From positions 1 through 55,072 of the forward strand of contig DAOWEJ010000105.1 of assembly GCA_030638575.1 (NCBI GenBank): a stretch of DNA of 55,072 bases, written 5' to 3'. Shown here piece after piece: positions 45,612-55,072 of the stretch. Source of the DNA: Deltaproteobacteria bacterium (lineage in GTDB: Bacteria > Desulfobacterota > Desulfobacteria > Desulfobacterales > JAUWMJ01). The position numbers and the translations under genes are program-made. The stretch's first letter is position 1. Each line of letters starts with the position of its first letter. The notes beneath the pieces are model-generated. The model made no database searches and had not been told where the DNA came from. It saw only the letters and a program-made list of their open reading frames with translations.

Positions 45612-48314
45612 CTAATCCTCATCAAGAATCTCGGCGATCTTTTGAGAAAGCTCCTTCATGTAAAAAGGTTTTTGAATAAAACCATTACAGCCCTTGTCCA
45701 TTATTTCGGAAGCCTCGCTATTCATGCTGTAACCGCTTGAAAGGATAACCTTTACACCACTATTGATTTCCTTTAGCCTTCGAAAAGTTTCACCGCCTCC
45801 CATAACAGGCATAATCATATCTAAAATAACAATATCAATAATATCTATATTTTCTCTGTATATATCTATAGCACCCTTTCCGCTGCCGGCCGTAATCACA
45901 TCATAGCCCAGCTTTTTGATTATTTTCTTTCCTACATCAATTATCATTTTTTCATCATCTACAAGGAGAACCGTTCCTTTGCCCCTTATCAGTTTCTCAG
46001 AAAGCTTTTTTTCTTCAGTAACAGTCTTTTCAGATGCAGGCAGATAAACAGTAAAAGTGGTTCCCACGCCCAGCTCGCTGTAAACGTTTATGAATCCCTC
46101 GTGATTTTTGATGATTCCGTAAACAGAAGCCAGCCCCAGCCCCGTTCCCCTCCCCATCTCTCTTGTTGTAAAAAACGGCTCAAATATTCTTTGCCGGGTA
46201 GCCTTATCCATACCCACACCGGTGTCGGTAACCGAGATTCTCACGTATTTGCCCGGTATCACTTGAAAGGGGGCTTTGTAACTTTCATCCAGAGTTATAT
46301 TTTCTGTCTGAATATAAAGATCACCGCCGCCAGGCATGGCCTGCCATGCATTTACATAAAGATTAAGCAGTACCTGCTCGATCTGGCCACGGTCAACCTC
46401 TACGGTCCAGATATCCTGTCCGAAATTTTCGTGAATAGAAAGCTCTTTTCTTGTCCGGGCGAACATCTGAGTCTGATTTATCGTCAGCTCGTTTAGATCG
46501 ATGGGCTTTGTCTCGTATTTTCCGCCCCTGGCAAAACCTAATAGCTGTTTGGTAAGATTTACTGAACTTTTAACATGGTTCCTTATTTCATTGAGGTGCT
46601 CAAAGTGGGGATGTGATGAATCAATATCCATCTGCATTAGCGAGGTATGTCCCTGGATACCCATCAGCAGATTATTAAAATCATGGGCAATCCCTCCTGC
46701 CAGTGTTCCTATGGCCTCCATCTTCTGAACCTGGCGAAGTTGTGTAGCCATCCATGCCTTTTCATCCTCGGCCTTCTTGCGCTCGGTGATGTCGCGCCAG
46801 GCCGAAAGAATGGCCTGACCACCATGGAAGGTGATAGTTTCCCCCTTTACTTCACAATACACAGGCTTTCCGTCGAAACGAATTAACTCAATCTCCGCCA
46901 CTGATATTTTTTTTTCTTTTTGTATCAGCTGAATCCGCTTTTTTAATTTTTCATGATAATCAAGGTGGGCAACCTCCCATAACGATCTCCCGATAAGCTC
47001 CTCTGGATCGACTGCACCAAGTATCCTTGCCGCAGCCGGGTTGGCAAAGGTGATTTTCTCATCGACCCATACCACAACACCATCAGGCATCAGTTCCATC
47101 AGCTTGCGATAACCCCTCTCGCTTTTCCGTAGATTCTTTTCAGCCTGCTTCCGCTCGGTGATGTCCATGCTGATAGTCTGAATCATGATTTGCCTCTGAT
47201 GTCTGAAGGTAGTACCGGTCGATTCCACATAAATTACTTGGCCGTCTAAGGTGATAAAGCGATGTTCTCTTAGAGGAGCACTCCACTCCTCTTTTAAAGC
47301 TTTTTGCATTCGCTCTAAAGACCCGGCCCTGTCGTCCGGGTGTACCAATTCTATATATGGCCGTCCTATAAGCTCTTGGGGGCCTGAAGCTCGAAAAAGT
47401 TTCACTCCGGCTGGATTTACATACTTGATTTTGCCGTCGATGTGGACCAGGACTGTGTTTGGTGAGATCTCCACAAGACGGCGGTATTGTTCCTCTGACT
47501 GGTCAAGGGCCTCCTCTACAAGCTTTCGCTCACTCACATCATCTAAAATGACAATAATACAATCCTGCTCCTCGTCTTTAATCGGAATTATGTTCAGTAA
47601 AACCTGTTTATTGTTTAAGACAACTGCCAGGTCCTCACCAATTTTCTCCATCGATAGAGTGGTTGCCCCCACCACCATGTCGCTTACCTTTTTAAAATGA
47701 TTATCAGCAAAAAGTCTTGTGAAATCAGACCCTAAAAGTTTTTCCTCCTCAATGCCGGATAGCGAAACCGCAACAGGGTTGGCATAAATAATCTTGCCAT
47801 CTATTGTCAGTTCAAAAATACCCTCGGCCATATTCTCTATTATAACCTGAAGATGTCTTCTTGTGGAAAGAAGTTCCTTTGTAATCTCCCTCTTATTAAT
47901 ATCTTCAATTCCTACCACTTTTTCTGCAAATCCGCTTTTATCTCCTTTTTCCCATCTCTTAAGCAGAGCAAGAACATGAGCCGACATTTTATCAAAGGGC
48001 CCCTTGGCGATGCATGCATCAGCTCCAAAACCGACAAAATCGAAGTCATCCTCGGCAGCAATGGCGGAAAGGATAACAAGGAAAGTATCTTTCATATGCG
48101 GCATACTGCGAATAATCCTGCAAAGTTTTTCCCCGCTGATATTAGGCATTATCAGGTCGATAAAAATTACATCCGGAGTGTATGTTTTTAAAACATCAAG
48201 GGAGGAAATACCGTCCTTGGCCGCTTTAACCTGATAACCCTCTTTTTCAAGCAAAGTGGTCATAAATTTCAATATCATCCGGTGATTATCCACAACCAGT
48301 ATCTTTTTTTTCAT
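45612..48314 (-). CDS. Hybrid sensor histidine kinase (REC-PASx3-HisKA-HATPase-REC)
   Basis: AGGIAHDFNN, LNLYVNA, DTGVGM, FEPFFTT, GTGLGL; receiver domains at both ends. Confidence 0.95.
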   Translation of the reverse strand: MKKKILVVDNHRMILKFMTTLLEKEGYQVKAAKDGISSLDVLKTYTPDVIFIDLIMPNISGEKLCRIIRSMPHMKDTFLVILSAIAAEDDFDFVGFGADACIAKGPFDKMSAHVLALLKRWEKGDKSGFAEKVVGIEDINKREITKELLSTRRHLQVIIENMAEGIFELTIDGKIIYANPVAVSLSGIEEEKLLGSDFTRLFADNHFKKVSDMVVGATTLSMEKIGEDLAVVLNNKQVLLNIIPIKDEEQDCIIVILDDVSERKLVEEALDQSEEQYRRLVEISPNTVLVHIDGKIKYVNPAGVKLFRASGPQELIGRPYIELVHPDDRAGSLERMQKALKEEWSAPLREHRFITLDGQVIYVESTGTTFRHQRQIMIQTISMDITERKQAEKNLRKSERGYRKLMELMPDGVVVWVDEKITFANPAAARILGAVDPEELIGRSLWEVAHLDYHEKLKKRIQLIQKEKKISVAEIELIRFDGKPVYCEVKGETITFHGGQAILSAWRDITERKKAEDEKAWMATQLRQVQKMEAIGTLAGGIAHDFNNLLMGIQGHTSLMQMDIDSSHPHFEHLNEIRNHVKSSVNLTKQLLGFARGGKYETKPIDLNELTINQTQMFARTRKELSIHENFGQDIWTVEVDRGQIEQVLLNLYVNAWQAMPGGGDLYIQTENITLDESYKAPFQVIPGKYVRISVTDTGVGMDKATRQRIFEPFFTTREMGRGTGLGLASVYGIIKNHEGFINVYSELGVGTTFTVYLPASEKTVTEEKKLSEKLIRGKGTVLLVDDEKMIIDVGKKIIKKLGYDVITAGSGKGAIDIYRENIDIIDIVILDMIMPVMGGGETFRRLKEINSGVKVILSSGYSMNSEASEIMDKGCNGFIQKPFYMKELSQKIAEILDED

Positions 48315-48338
48315 CAAACCAAACCCCTTATTTTTGGC

Positions 48339-48637
48339 TCTTCTCCAAATTAGTTGGAGAAGAGGATTCTAGGATTCAAGGGTTCAAGGGTTCAAGTGAA
48401 TGCAAACGGCTTGATACAGATGACATAAACACTTGCGTCTTCTCTGCCCTTACTCCTTAATCGTTTCAAAGTATGTCTATATAAAAAGACGGTTCCAAGA
48501 GTCAGGGATTTTTCTGTATGTATTTGTTTTCCGGTCATTTTCACTCGAACCCTTGTTTGCCCGGCGTAGCCGAAGGCGAAGCTTGGACCCCTTGAATCCG
48601 TGAACCCTGATCAATCGACCAACTCTTTGGGAGATGA
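48339..48637. repeat. Family-M cassette: outer IR plus inverted 8-mer (GGTTCAAG) arrays around a non-coding core
   Basis: TCTTCTCCAAATTAGTTGG / CCAACTCTTTGGGAGATGA; arrays 48363-48400 and 48540-48608. Confidence 0.8.
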
Positions 48638-48858
48638 TCTTTATTTTATAACATTTTAGCGCTTAAAATATTATCTTATTCAGGTAATTTTGAAATTTCC
48701 ATATGCCATTTATGCCATACAAATCGTATTTGTAAAGCATATAGTTACGACTTTCGGGTGCGGCTTCCATCGTAACATTAACTGGAAAACCCCATTATTT
48801 CGCGACTGTAAGCCACTACTACGCCTCATGATTATCCCGCTTTAGCGGGACACGCCTT

Positions 48859-48910
48859 GAATTTGAACTTTTTACGAAACCGTCTAAATCGGACTTTTTA
48901 CGAGTTCATC
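48859..48910. repeat. MITE family D right end
   Basis: 48859-48906 is identical (48 bp) to 52531-52578. Confidence 0.85.
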
Positions 48911-48994
48911 AAATGTGATGGAGTCTCTCATAACTTTGTTTCTTCCTTGCTTTTTTGCCTCGTACATGAACTTATCGGCCAGATGATTGAGTGG
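48884..48994 (-). pseudogene. C-terminal remnant of a GGDEF (diguanylate cyclase) domain
   Basis: LADKFMYEAKKQGRNKV matches the AD.ALY.AK..GRN.V end of GGDEF domains; no start codon or upstream part. Confidence 0.65.
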
Positions 48995-51952
48995 TCAGTT
49001 TTTTAATACCCATTTCTCAATTACCTCAAAGACAAGCTCCTTTTTAATCGGCTTTTTGATATAATCATTCATACCTGCTTCAAAACATATCTCCCTGTCA
49101 CCCTTTATGGCATTGGCGGTCATGGCGACAATCGGAACATGTTCCGATTGAGTTGATAGCTGACAGATGATAGCTGATAGGTTTGGTTCTTCCTTTGCTG
49201 CATGCTTTGAGCTATTGGCTGTGAACTGTGAGCTGTCTGCTTTGAGCTGTGAGTTGTGAGCTATGAGCTCTTCCTCCCACTTTCTGATTTCCTCTGTTGC
49301 CTCAAGACCGTCCATTTCAGGCATCTGGATGTCCATGAAAATCATGTCAAAATCGTCCGGAGACGAGGTGTATTTTTCAACTGCTTCCCTGCCGTTATTG
49401 GCAACTTCCACATGATAACCTGCCTTTTTTAGCATTAATGTTGCCAGCTTCTGGTTGACAGGATTGTCCTCGACAAAAAGTATACACATAGAATGCTTGG
49501 CTTCTTCCTTAATGGAATGTTGGGTAACAATTGCGCTTTGCTCCGGTTTTTCTTTGAGCTGTGGGCCATGAGCTGTAAGCCTTTCAATCATCTTTACAAG
49601 TTTTTCTCTGCGAACAGGCTTACTCAAGAAGCCGTCAAATCCTGCGTTTTCGCATTCTTTTGCGCTCCTCTCCATAAGTGAAGAAAGGGCAAGAAGCACT
49701 ATTTGGGTCGGTTCGATCCCGTCATTTGACATTTGACATTTATCATTTGCGTCTTCTTCAATCAATGACTTCTCCCAATTTCGGACTTCTCTTGCCACAT
49801 CATACCCGCTAACGGACGGCATCTGTATATCTAAAATGCAAAGGTCAAAAGGTTCCCCGGTTTCCAAGGCTTTTTGCAGTGCATGTACAACCTCCTTTCC
49901 GTCCAGCAGAGTAACTGCATTAATTTCTGCCGAATTTAAAGTATGCCTTAATATCTCCAGGTTTGTACGGTTGTCATCAACAATGAGAATCTTTTTACCG
50001 ACAAGCGAAACAGGAGCAACTCTTTTGACTTCTACTTTTTCAACCTTTTTGAGCCATGCGGTAAAGTGAAAAACGCTTCCGGGGTTTTGGTCGGAGCGTA
50101 GCGTAGATCCCGCAGAAGGCGGGATTGGTGGTTGAGTAGTTGAGTGGTTGAATGAAGGGCTTTGAGCCCAGACATCTCCCCCCATAAGCTTGGATATTTT
50201 CTTGCATATGGAAAGACCCAGGCCTGTTCCTCCGTACTTTCTCGTGGTTGAACCGTCCGCCTGCTCAAAGGGCTCAAAAATGGCGGACAGTTTTTCTTCA
50301 GGAATACCTATACCGGTATCGCGTATTTTGGCATGAAGCTTAATCCTTTCTTCATCTTCCTCCTCCACCTCAATGGAAAGTTCAATCTCACCTGTTTCAG
50401 TAAATTTTGGGGCATTACCCATAAGGTTTGTAAGAACCTGCCTGTACCGCGTCGGGTCACCTTGAACCATTGCAGGAACGTTATCCCCGATACGGCACAA
50501 AACCTCGATGGGTTTTGATTCAATCTTCGGGCGAATCAGTTCACAGATGTCGTAGGCAAGAAGCTCGAAATCAAAATCTATCTCTTCAAAATCAAGTTGC
50601 CCTGCCTCGATCTTTGAAAAATCTAGGATATCGTTAATCAATGAGAGCAAAGATTCTCCGCTTCTTTTAACTGTTGCCACATAATCGTTCTGCTCTTCAT
50701 TAAGGTCAGTATCAAGGAGCATGTCTGAAAAACCTATAACTGAATTCATGGGTGTGCGGATTTCGTGGCTCATGTTGGCAAGAAATTCACTTTTTGCCAT
50801 GCTGGCAGCCTCGGCCATTAAAGCCATATCGTTGGCCCTCTCAATGGCCTTCTCAAGCTGGCGGTTGGTTTCAGCAAGCTGTTCTTCGGCCTGCTTGCGC
50901 TCTGTAATATCAGAATCGACCCCCCGATAGCCGATAAGCTCACCTTTTTCATCAAGTATCGGAATTCCGCTGGTTAAAAAACAAACCATTTGTCCGTCTT
51001 TTGTAAAATTCCAGTTTTCCAGGTTACGTATTGGGCGCTTATCTTTGACAATCTCACTAAAGATAGCGCCGATTCTTTCCTTCTCATCAGGATGCATGAA
51101 ATCAATGGGGGTTTTGCCTATCATTTCCTCTGCCTTATAACCCAGGATTTCTTCCACCTTTCCCGAGCAATATGTATACACCCAACTCCTGTCTGTCTCC
51201 CAGATCCAGTCAGACATGCTTTCCACAATGTTTCTAAAACGGCTTTCTGATTGCTCGCGATTGGTGATTTCAGACTCAAGTTTCTCGTTGAGTTTTTCAA
51301 CATGTTTCTTTTCATTTTCTAAATGCTTAATCAGATTGGTATTTTCAAACCGAATTTCCAATGAACGAAAAATACTTGTGTTCAAACGCAGTGCGGTAAC
51401 TATCATTATAACCATGAAGAGAAATATCATTCCTGCTATAGCGATGTAAAGATCACTTCCCTGCAGTAGGAGTCGAATAATAAGGGGAATCGATGCTGTA
51501 AGACTGAAAGCTAAAAAAGCTCTCATCATTATTGAATATGTTCCCAGCGCTCCTGCTATCATCCCCCCCATAACGAGGATAAGAAAAATCTGGTGCAAAT
51601 CAGAGTTCACACTAAACAGAAAGAATCCAGCAAAACCCCAAACAATACCGCTAACGGCTATTCCTGTTATAAGCACTATATTCCAGTAATCGGCTTTAAG
51701 AAGTTTAGATGAACTGCGCTTGTATTTATACAGCGATATATACCTGATGAACGTTATCAGAAAATTGCTGAGAAGCCATATGATCAATACCGTATGCGAA
51801 ACAACATTCCAAAGGATGAAAGTCAGGATAGCCGAATTCACTATAGTTGCGATCATGCTTACAGAAACGTTTCCATAAAGGATATTAACTTGCTCTGCGT
51901 ATAAACCTGTTTTATTTGTGTTTTTTGACATATTTAAAAGCTGTCCTTTCAT
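48995..51952 (-). CDS. Membrane-bound hybrid histidine kinase (TM-PAS-HisKA-HATPase-REC-REC) with repeat-derived insertions
   Basis: [44 protein letters not shown]. Confidence 0.95.
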   Translation of the reverse strand: MKGQLLNMSKNTNKTGLYAEQVNILYGNVSVSMIATIVNSAILTFILWNVVSHTVLIIWLLSNFLITFIRYISLYKYKRSSSKLLKADYWNIVLITGIAVSGIVWGFAGFFLFSVNSDLHQIFLILVMGGMIAGALGTYSIMMRAFLAFSLTASIPLIIRLLLQGSDLYIAIAGMIFLFMVIMIVTALRLNTSIFRSLEIRFENTNLIKHLENEKKHVEKLNEKLESEITNREQSESRFRNIVESMSDWIWETDRSWVYTYCSGKVEEILGYKAEEMIGKTPIDFMHPDEKERIGAIFSEIVKDKRPIRNLENWNFTKDGQMVCFLTSGIPILDEKGELIGYRGVDSDITERKQAEEQLAETNRQLEKAIERANDMALMAEAASMAKSEFLANMSHEIRTPMNSVIGFSDMLLDTDLNEEQNDYVATVKRSGESLLSLINDILDFSKIEAGQLDFEEIDFDFELLAYDICELIRPKIESKPIEVLCRIGDNVPAMVQGDPTRYRQVLTNLMGNAPKFTETGEIELSIEVEEEDEERIKLHAKIRDTGIGIPEEKLSAIFEPFEQADGSTTRKYGGTGLGLSICKKISKLMGGDVWAQSPSFNHSTTQPPIPPSAGSTLRSDQNPGSVFHFTAWLKKVEKVEVKRVAPVSLVGKKILIVDDNRTNLEILRHTLNSAEINAVTLLDGKEVVHALQKALETGEPFDLCILDIQMPSVSGYDVAREVRNWEKSLIEEDANDKCQMSNDGIEPTQIVLLALSSLMERSAKECENAGFDGFLSKPVRREKLVKMIERLTAHGPQLKEKPEQSAIVTQHSIKEEAKHSMCILFVEDNPVNQKLATLMLKKAGYHVEVANNGREAVEKYTSSPDDFDMIFMDIQMPEMDGLEATEEIRKWEEELIAHNSQLKADSSQFTANSSKHAAKEEPNLSAIICQLSTQSEHVPIVAMTANAIKGDREICFEAGMNDYIKKPIKKELVFEVIEKWVLKN

Positions 51953-52158
51953 TTTATCCCATGGCTTTCTTATTTGTGTGATTTAACGATTCGATTTCTC
52001 TGGGTTTTCCTTATCAACCTCTGTATCAAGCGTGCGCCCGTCGATTTTAGCCTGATTGTCTGCTTTAAAAATTATGGAGTTCAACAGTATTGCCCCTAAA
52101 CCCCGATTCTTGGCTCCTGATACGATTATCTTGCTAATTCCACAATATTACAGATAAA

Positions 52159-52175
52159 AGCAACAAACATGCCAA
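52159..52175 (-). promoter_or_regulatory. sigma54 promoter for the hybrid kinase
   Basis: Minus strand TTGGCATGTTTGTTGCT. Confidence 0.7.
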
Positions 52176-52393
52176 TATAATTAACCGTTTTGTGGAAAAA
52201 GGTGAATAAATATGTTTATCTGTTATATCAATAGGATATTAAACAATATTGCCGCATTATTTCTTTTTAGGCATGGAAAGGGGATAAAACATAGCTGGAA
52301 AGCTTAACTTTATGTCAAAGCTTTGACGCTATATCGGTGGAAATACAATGGGTTTGAAGGCAGGCAAAACTGTTACCGGTTAAATCAAAACAT

Positions 52394-52582
52394 GACGGTC
52401 TCGTAAAAAGTCTCCCGCTTCAGTTCAGCGGGACGTTGTGCTGCATTTCGTAATCATTCAACGTACGATAAGTACTTCTTGTGATTACAAAATTTGCACG
52501 CCCTTCTTGTCCCGTTGCTTTTTAGCGGGGGAATTTGAACTTTTTACGAAACCGTCTAAATCGGACTTTTTACGAGTTTATC
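52394..52582. mobile_element. MITE family D
   Basis: GACGGTCTCGTAAAAAGT (52394) / ACTTTTTACGAAACCGTC (52539-52556), plus a second right end to ~52582; related left end at ~26869-26908. Confidence 0.75.
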
Positions 52583-52920
52583 AAAAAATAAATTCCGATT
52601 TACCGGAAATGGTTAAATTCCTTATCAAATGGAAGAAGAAGTGTTAGCGTGATAACTTGCTGGTCATTTCATCTTCAATACCTTTTAAAAGCCATAAATT
52701 TTCTACATGAACATATTGTTTCGAAATTGTAGATGATATTCCTCCCTTGACAAAACAGGGATGATTTTCATAAGATACATTTTTTATTTAAGAAAATTGT
52801 TTATTTTAATGTCTGTGTCAGTCTGCCTATCGAAGCAAATCATAGATACCGTATATCAGAGCCCGATTGAATAAAAACTCATTCAATCGGAGTGGCTAAT
52901 ACACAAATAAAGGAGCTAAA

Positions 52921-54171
52921 ATGAAGGATGTCGTAATCGTTTCAGCCTGTCGGACGGCCATAGGAGCATTCGGCCAAAGCCTGCGGGGCAGTAATGCCGC
53001 GGTTTTAGCCGGCGTTACAATGAAAGAAGCTGTAAAAAGAGCAGGCATAGACCCGGAAGTTATAGATGATATACGATACGGCTGTTGTATGGAACCTGTG
53101 GATGCTCTTAACGTAACACGCGTTGGTGCACTTTTAGCCGGTCTGCCTGATACGATTCCTGCGGTAACGATCAACCGCGTGTGCATATCTTCAATGGAAG
53201 CTGTGATCTCCGGTATGGCAATGATCCAGGCAGGCATGGCCGATGTGATACTTGCAGGTGGTGTCGAGCACATGTCCGGAGTACCATACACCGTTCCCGG
53301 CGCAAGGTGGGGATGCCGCCTCCAGGATGGTGTGTTTGTCGACTCCATGATCCACGCCCTTCATTGCGGATCACACATCATACCCCATCCTGAAGACGGA
53401 CCCGTAAACGCTAATGAGCCACCTTTAAGTTTTTTCAAGGGAAAGCCATATATTATGGGTCATACCGCAGAATTCATAGCCCAACACATGAATATTTCCA
53501 GAGAAGAAATGGATGAAGTTGCATTAAGAAGTCAGAATAATGCGGAAAGAGCGACAAACGACGGTTCGTTTAAAGATGAAATTGTTCCTGTTGAAATTGT
53601 TCAAAAAAAACTGGATCCTATTATTTTTGATAAAGACGAACATTTCCGGCCTGGTTTGACCATGGAACAACTCAGTAAGCTTCCACCTGCCTTTCTTCCA
53701 AAAATCGGCAAGGTTACGGCAGGGAATTCCAGCGGAATTAACGATGGGTCCGCTGGTATTGTAATCATGTCTGCAGAAAAGGCAAAAGCACTCGGCATTG
53801 ATCCCATTGCCAGGATAAAGGCTGTGGGAAAAGGTGCATGCCACCCTTCAGTGATGGGAATGTCACCCGTACCTGCTGTAAATGACCTTTTTAAGAGGAG
53901 CGGTTTTAGGATAGAAGATTTTGAGCTTATAGAGCTAAACGAGGCATTTGCAGCCCAGTACATAGGCTGCGAAAAAGAGCTGGGCCTAAACAGGGAGATC
54001 ACAAATGTTAACGGGTCTGGAATCGGCCTGGGGCATCCTGTGGGTGCGACAGGCGCCAGAATCATGATAACTTTAATACATGCTATGAAAAAAAGAGGTA
54101 AAACTCTCGGCCTTGCCACCCTTTGCGGCGGCGGTGGGGTGTCAATGGCGTGTGCAATAGAGATTGTATAA
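52921..54171 (+). CDS. Acetyl-CoA C-acetyltransferase (thiolase)
   Basis: NRVCISS, NEAF, GHPVGATG, CGGGG. Confidence 0.95.
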   Translation: MKDVVIVSACRTAIGAFGQSLRGSNAAVLAGVTMKEAVKRAGIDPEVIDDIRYGCCMEPVDALNVTRVGALLAGLPDTIPAVTINRVCISSMEAVISGMAMIQAGMADVILAGGVEHMSGVPYTVPGARWGCRLQDGVFVDSMIHALHCGSHIIPHPEDGPVNANEPPLSFFKGKPYIMGHTAEFIAQHMNISREEMDEVALRSQNNAERATNDGSFKDEIVPVEIVQKKLDPIIFDKDEHFRPGLTMEQLSKLPPAFLPKIGKVTAGNSSGINDGSAGIVIMSAEKAKALGIDPIARIKAVGKGACHPSVMGMSPVPAVNDLFKRSGFRIEDFELIELNEAFAAQYIGCEKELGLNREITNVNGSGIGLGHPVGATGARIMITLIHAMKKRGKTLGLATLCGGGGVSMACAIEIV

Positions 54172-54237
54172 AAATATGGGAATACATTCGCAAAGTCTTA
54201 TTTTTCAAACAATTTAAAAGATAAAAAGAGGTGTGCA

Positions 54238-55072
54238 ATGATCGTAGGAATCTTAAAAGAAATCAAGGCTGAAGAAAACCGTATCTCCATGACACCGGCA
54301 GGGGTGGAAGTTATGAAGCAAAACGGTCACACGGTTTTAGTGGAAAAAACGGCGGGTATGGGCAGCGGTTATGAAGACAGCACATATATCAAAAGTGGAG
54401 CCGAAATAATCGATACACCGTCAGAAATTTTCAACCGTGCCGATATGGTTATGCATGTTAAAGAACCTTTGCCGCCGGAGTATAACCTTATCAGGGAAAA
54501 CCAGATTGTTTTTACCTATCTTCACCTGGCGGCAGCGGAAGAACTGACCAATGTGCTTGTTAAAAGCAAAAGCATCAACATTGCATATGAAACCATCCAG
54601 AAAGAAGACGGCTCCCTGCCCCTTCTTACACCCATGAGTGAAGTGGCCGGTCGCATGGCAATCCAGCAGGGAGCAAAATACCTTGAAATGGCTTACGGAG
54701 GAAGAGGACTTCTGCTGGGCGGCGTTCCCGGAGTAAACCCCGGAACGGTTCTTGTTATCGGCGGCGGAGTAGTCGGAACCAATGCTGCCAAGATGGCTTG
54801 CGGCATAGGAGCCAAAGTTTACATCCTCGATTTCAACCTTGACCGGTTGCGCTATCTTAGCGATATAATGCCAGCCAACTGTTTTCCCTTAATGTCGAGC
54901 CCGGCTACTATTCGCAAACTTGTTAAAGAGTCCGACGTTGTGGTAGGCGCTGTTCTTATTCCCGGAGCAAAAGCGCCGAGACTTATCACAAAAGAAATGC
55001 TGAAAACCATGAAAAAGGGATCTGTAATCGTGGATGTTGCCATAGATCAGGGCGGGTGCTTTGAAACATCGA
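54238..55072 (+). CDS. ald: Alanine dehydrogenase (runs off the right end)
   Basis: Absent from the ORF track. [57 protein letters not shown]. Confidence 0.95.
   Translation, partial: MIVGILKEIKAEENRISMTPAGVEVMKQNGHTVLVEKTAGMGSGYEDSTYIKSGAEIIDTPSEIFNRADMVMHVKEPLPPEYNLIRENQIVFTYLHLAAAEELTNVLVKSKSINIAYETIQKEDGSLPLLTPMSEVAGRMAIQQGAKYLEMAYGGRGLLLGGVPGVNPGTVLVIGGGVVGTNAAKMACGIGAKVYILDFNLDRLRYLSDIMPANCFPLMSSPATIRKLVKESDVVVGAVLIPGAKAPRLITKEMLKTMKKGSVIVDVAIDQGGCFETS

Noticed and set aside
48995-48997. Selenocysteine or read-through at the kinase TGA
   Set aside because: The receiver domain is already complete, I saw no convincing SECIS-like hairpin, and the downstream peptide is only a GGDEF fragment.
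52801-52900. Riboswitch upstream of the thiolase
   Set aside because: The hairpins are explained by a family-Q cassette end with a nested insert; I recognised no riboswitch consensus.

Overview
A low-GC bacterial chromosomal window. Gene content and style suggest a Desulfobacterales-like deltaproteobacterium (inference). 1-27.4 kb is a sigma54-controlled, PEP-CTERM/exosortase-type exopolysaccharide and surface locus on the minus strand: a large secreted beta-helix/InlB-B-repeat protein, a WbpABED-like sugar pathway, ugd, an AMP-ligase/ACP/NadE/AsnB module, an OM beta-barrel, Wza/BY-kinase/Wzc-N, two enhancer-binding proteins and a mini PEP-CTERM protein. 27.6-55 kb is housekeeping: acyl-CoA dehydrogenase, HDAC, HD protein, a complete trp operon with a leader-peptide attenuator and an in-frame trpF-trpB join, hslO, PBP1B plus TPR lipoprotein, MFS, two hybrid histidine kinases, thiolase and alanine dehydrogenase. 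No rRNA, tRNA, CRISPR or transposase gene was seen. The most striking signal is non-coding. Nearly every intergenic gap holds a cassette built from head-to-head inverted arrays of short (7-10 bp) tandem repeats plus hairpins. Two cassettes enclose small genes (a four-helix-bundle/IVS-type protein and a GxxExxY PD-(D/E)XK-type protein). Many are empty, some supply stop codons or protein termini, and several sit in frame inside a histidine kinase. Small hairpin inserts and classical MITEs are nested on top. This looks like a poorly described repeat-cassette mobility or RNA-processing system. All coordinates were counted by eye and may be off by a few bases for non-coding elements.
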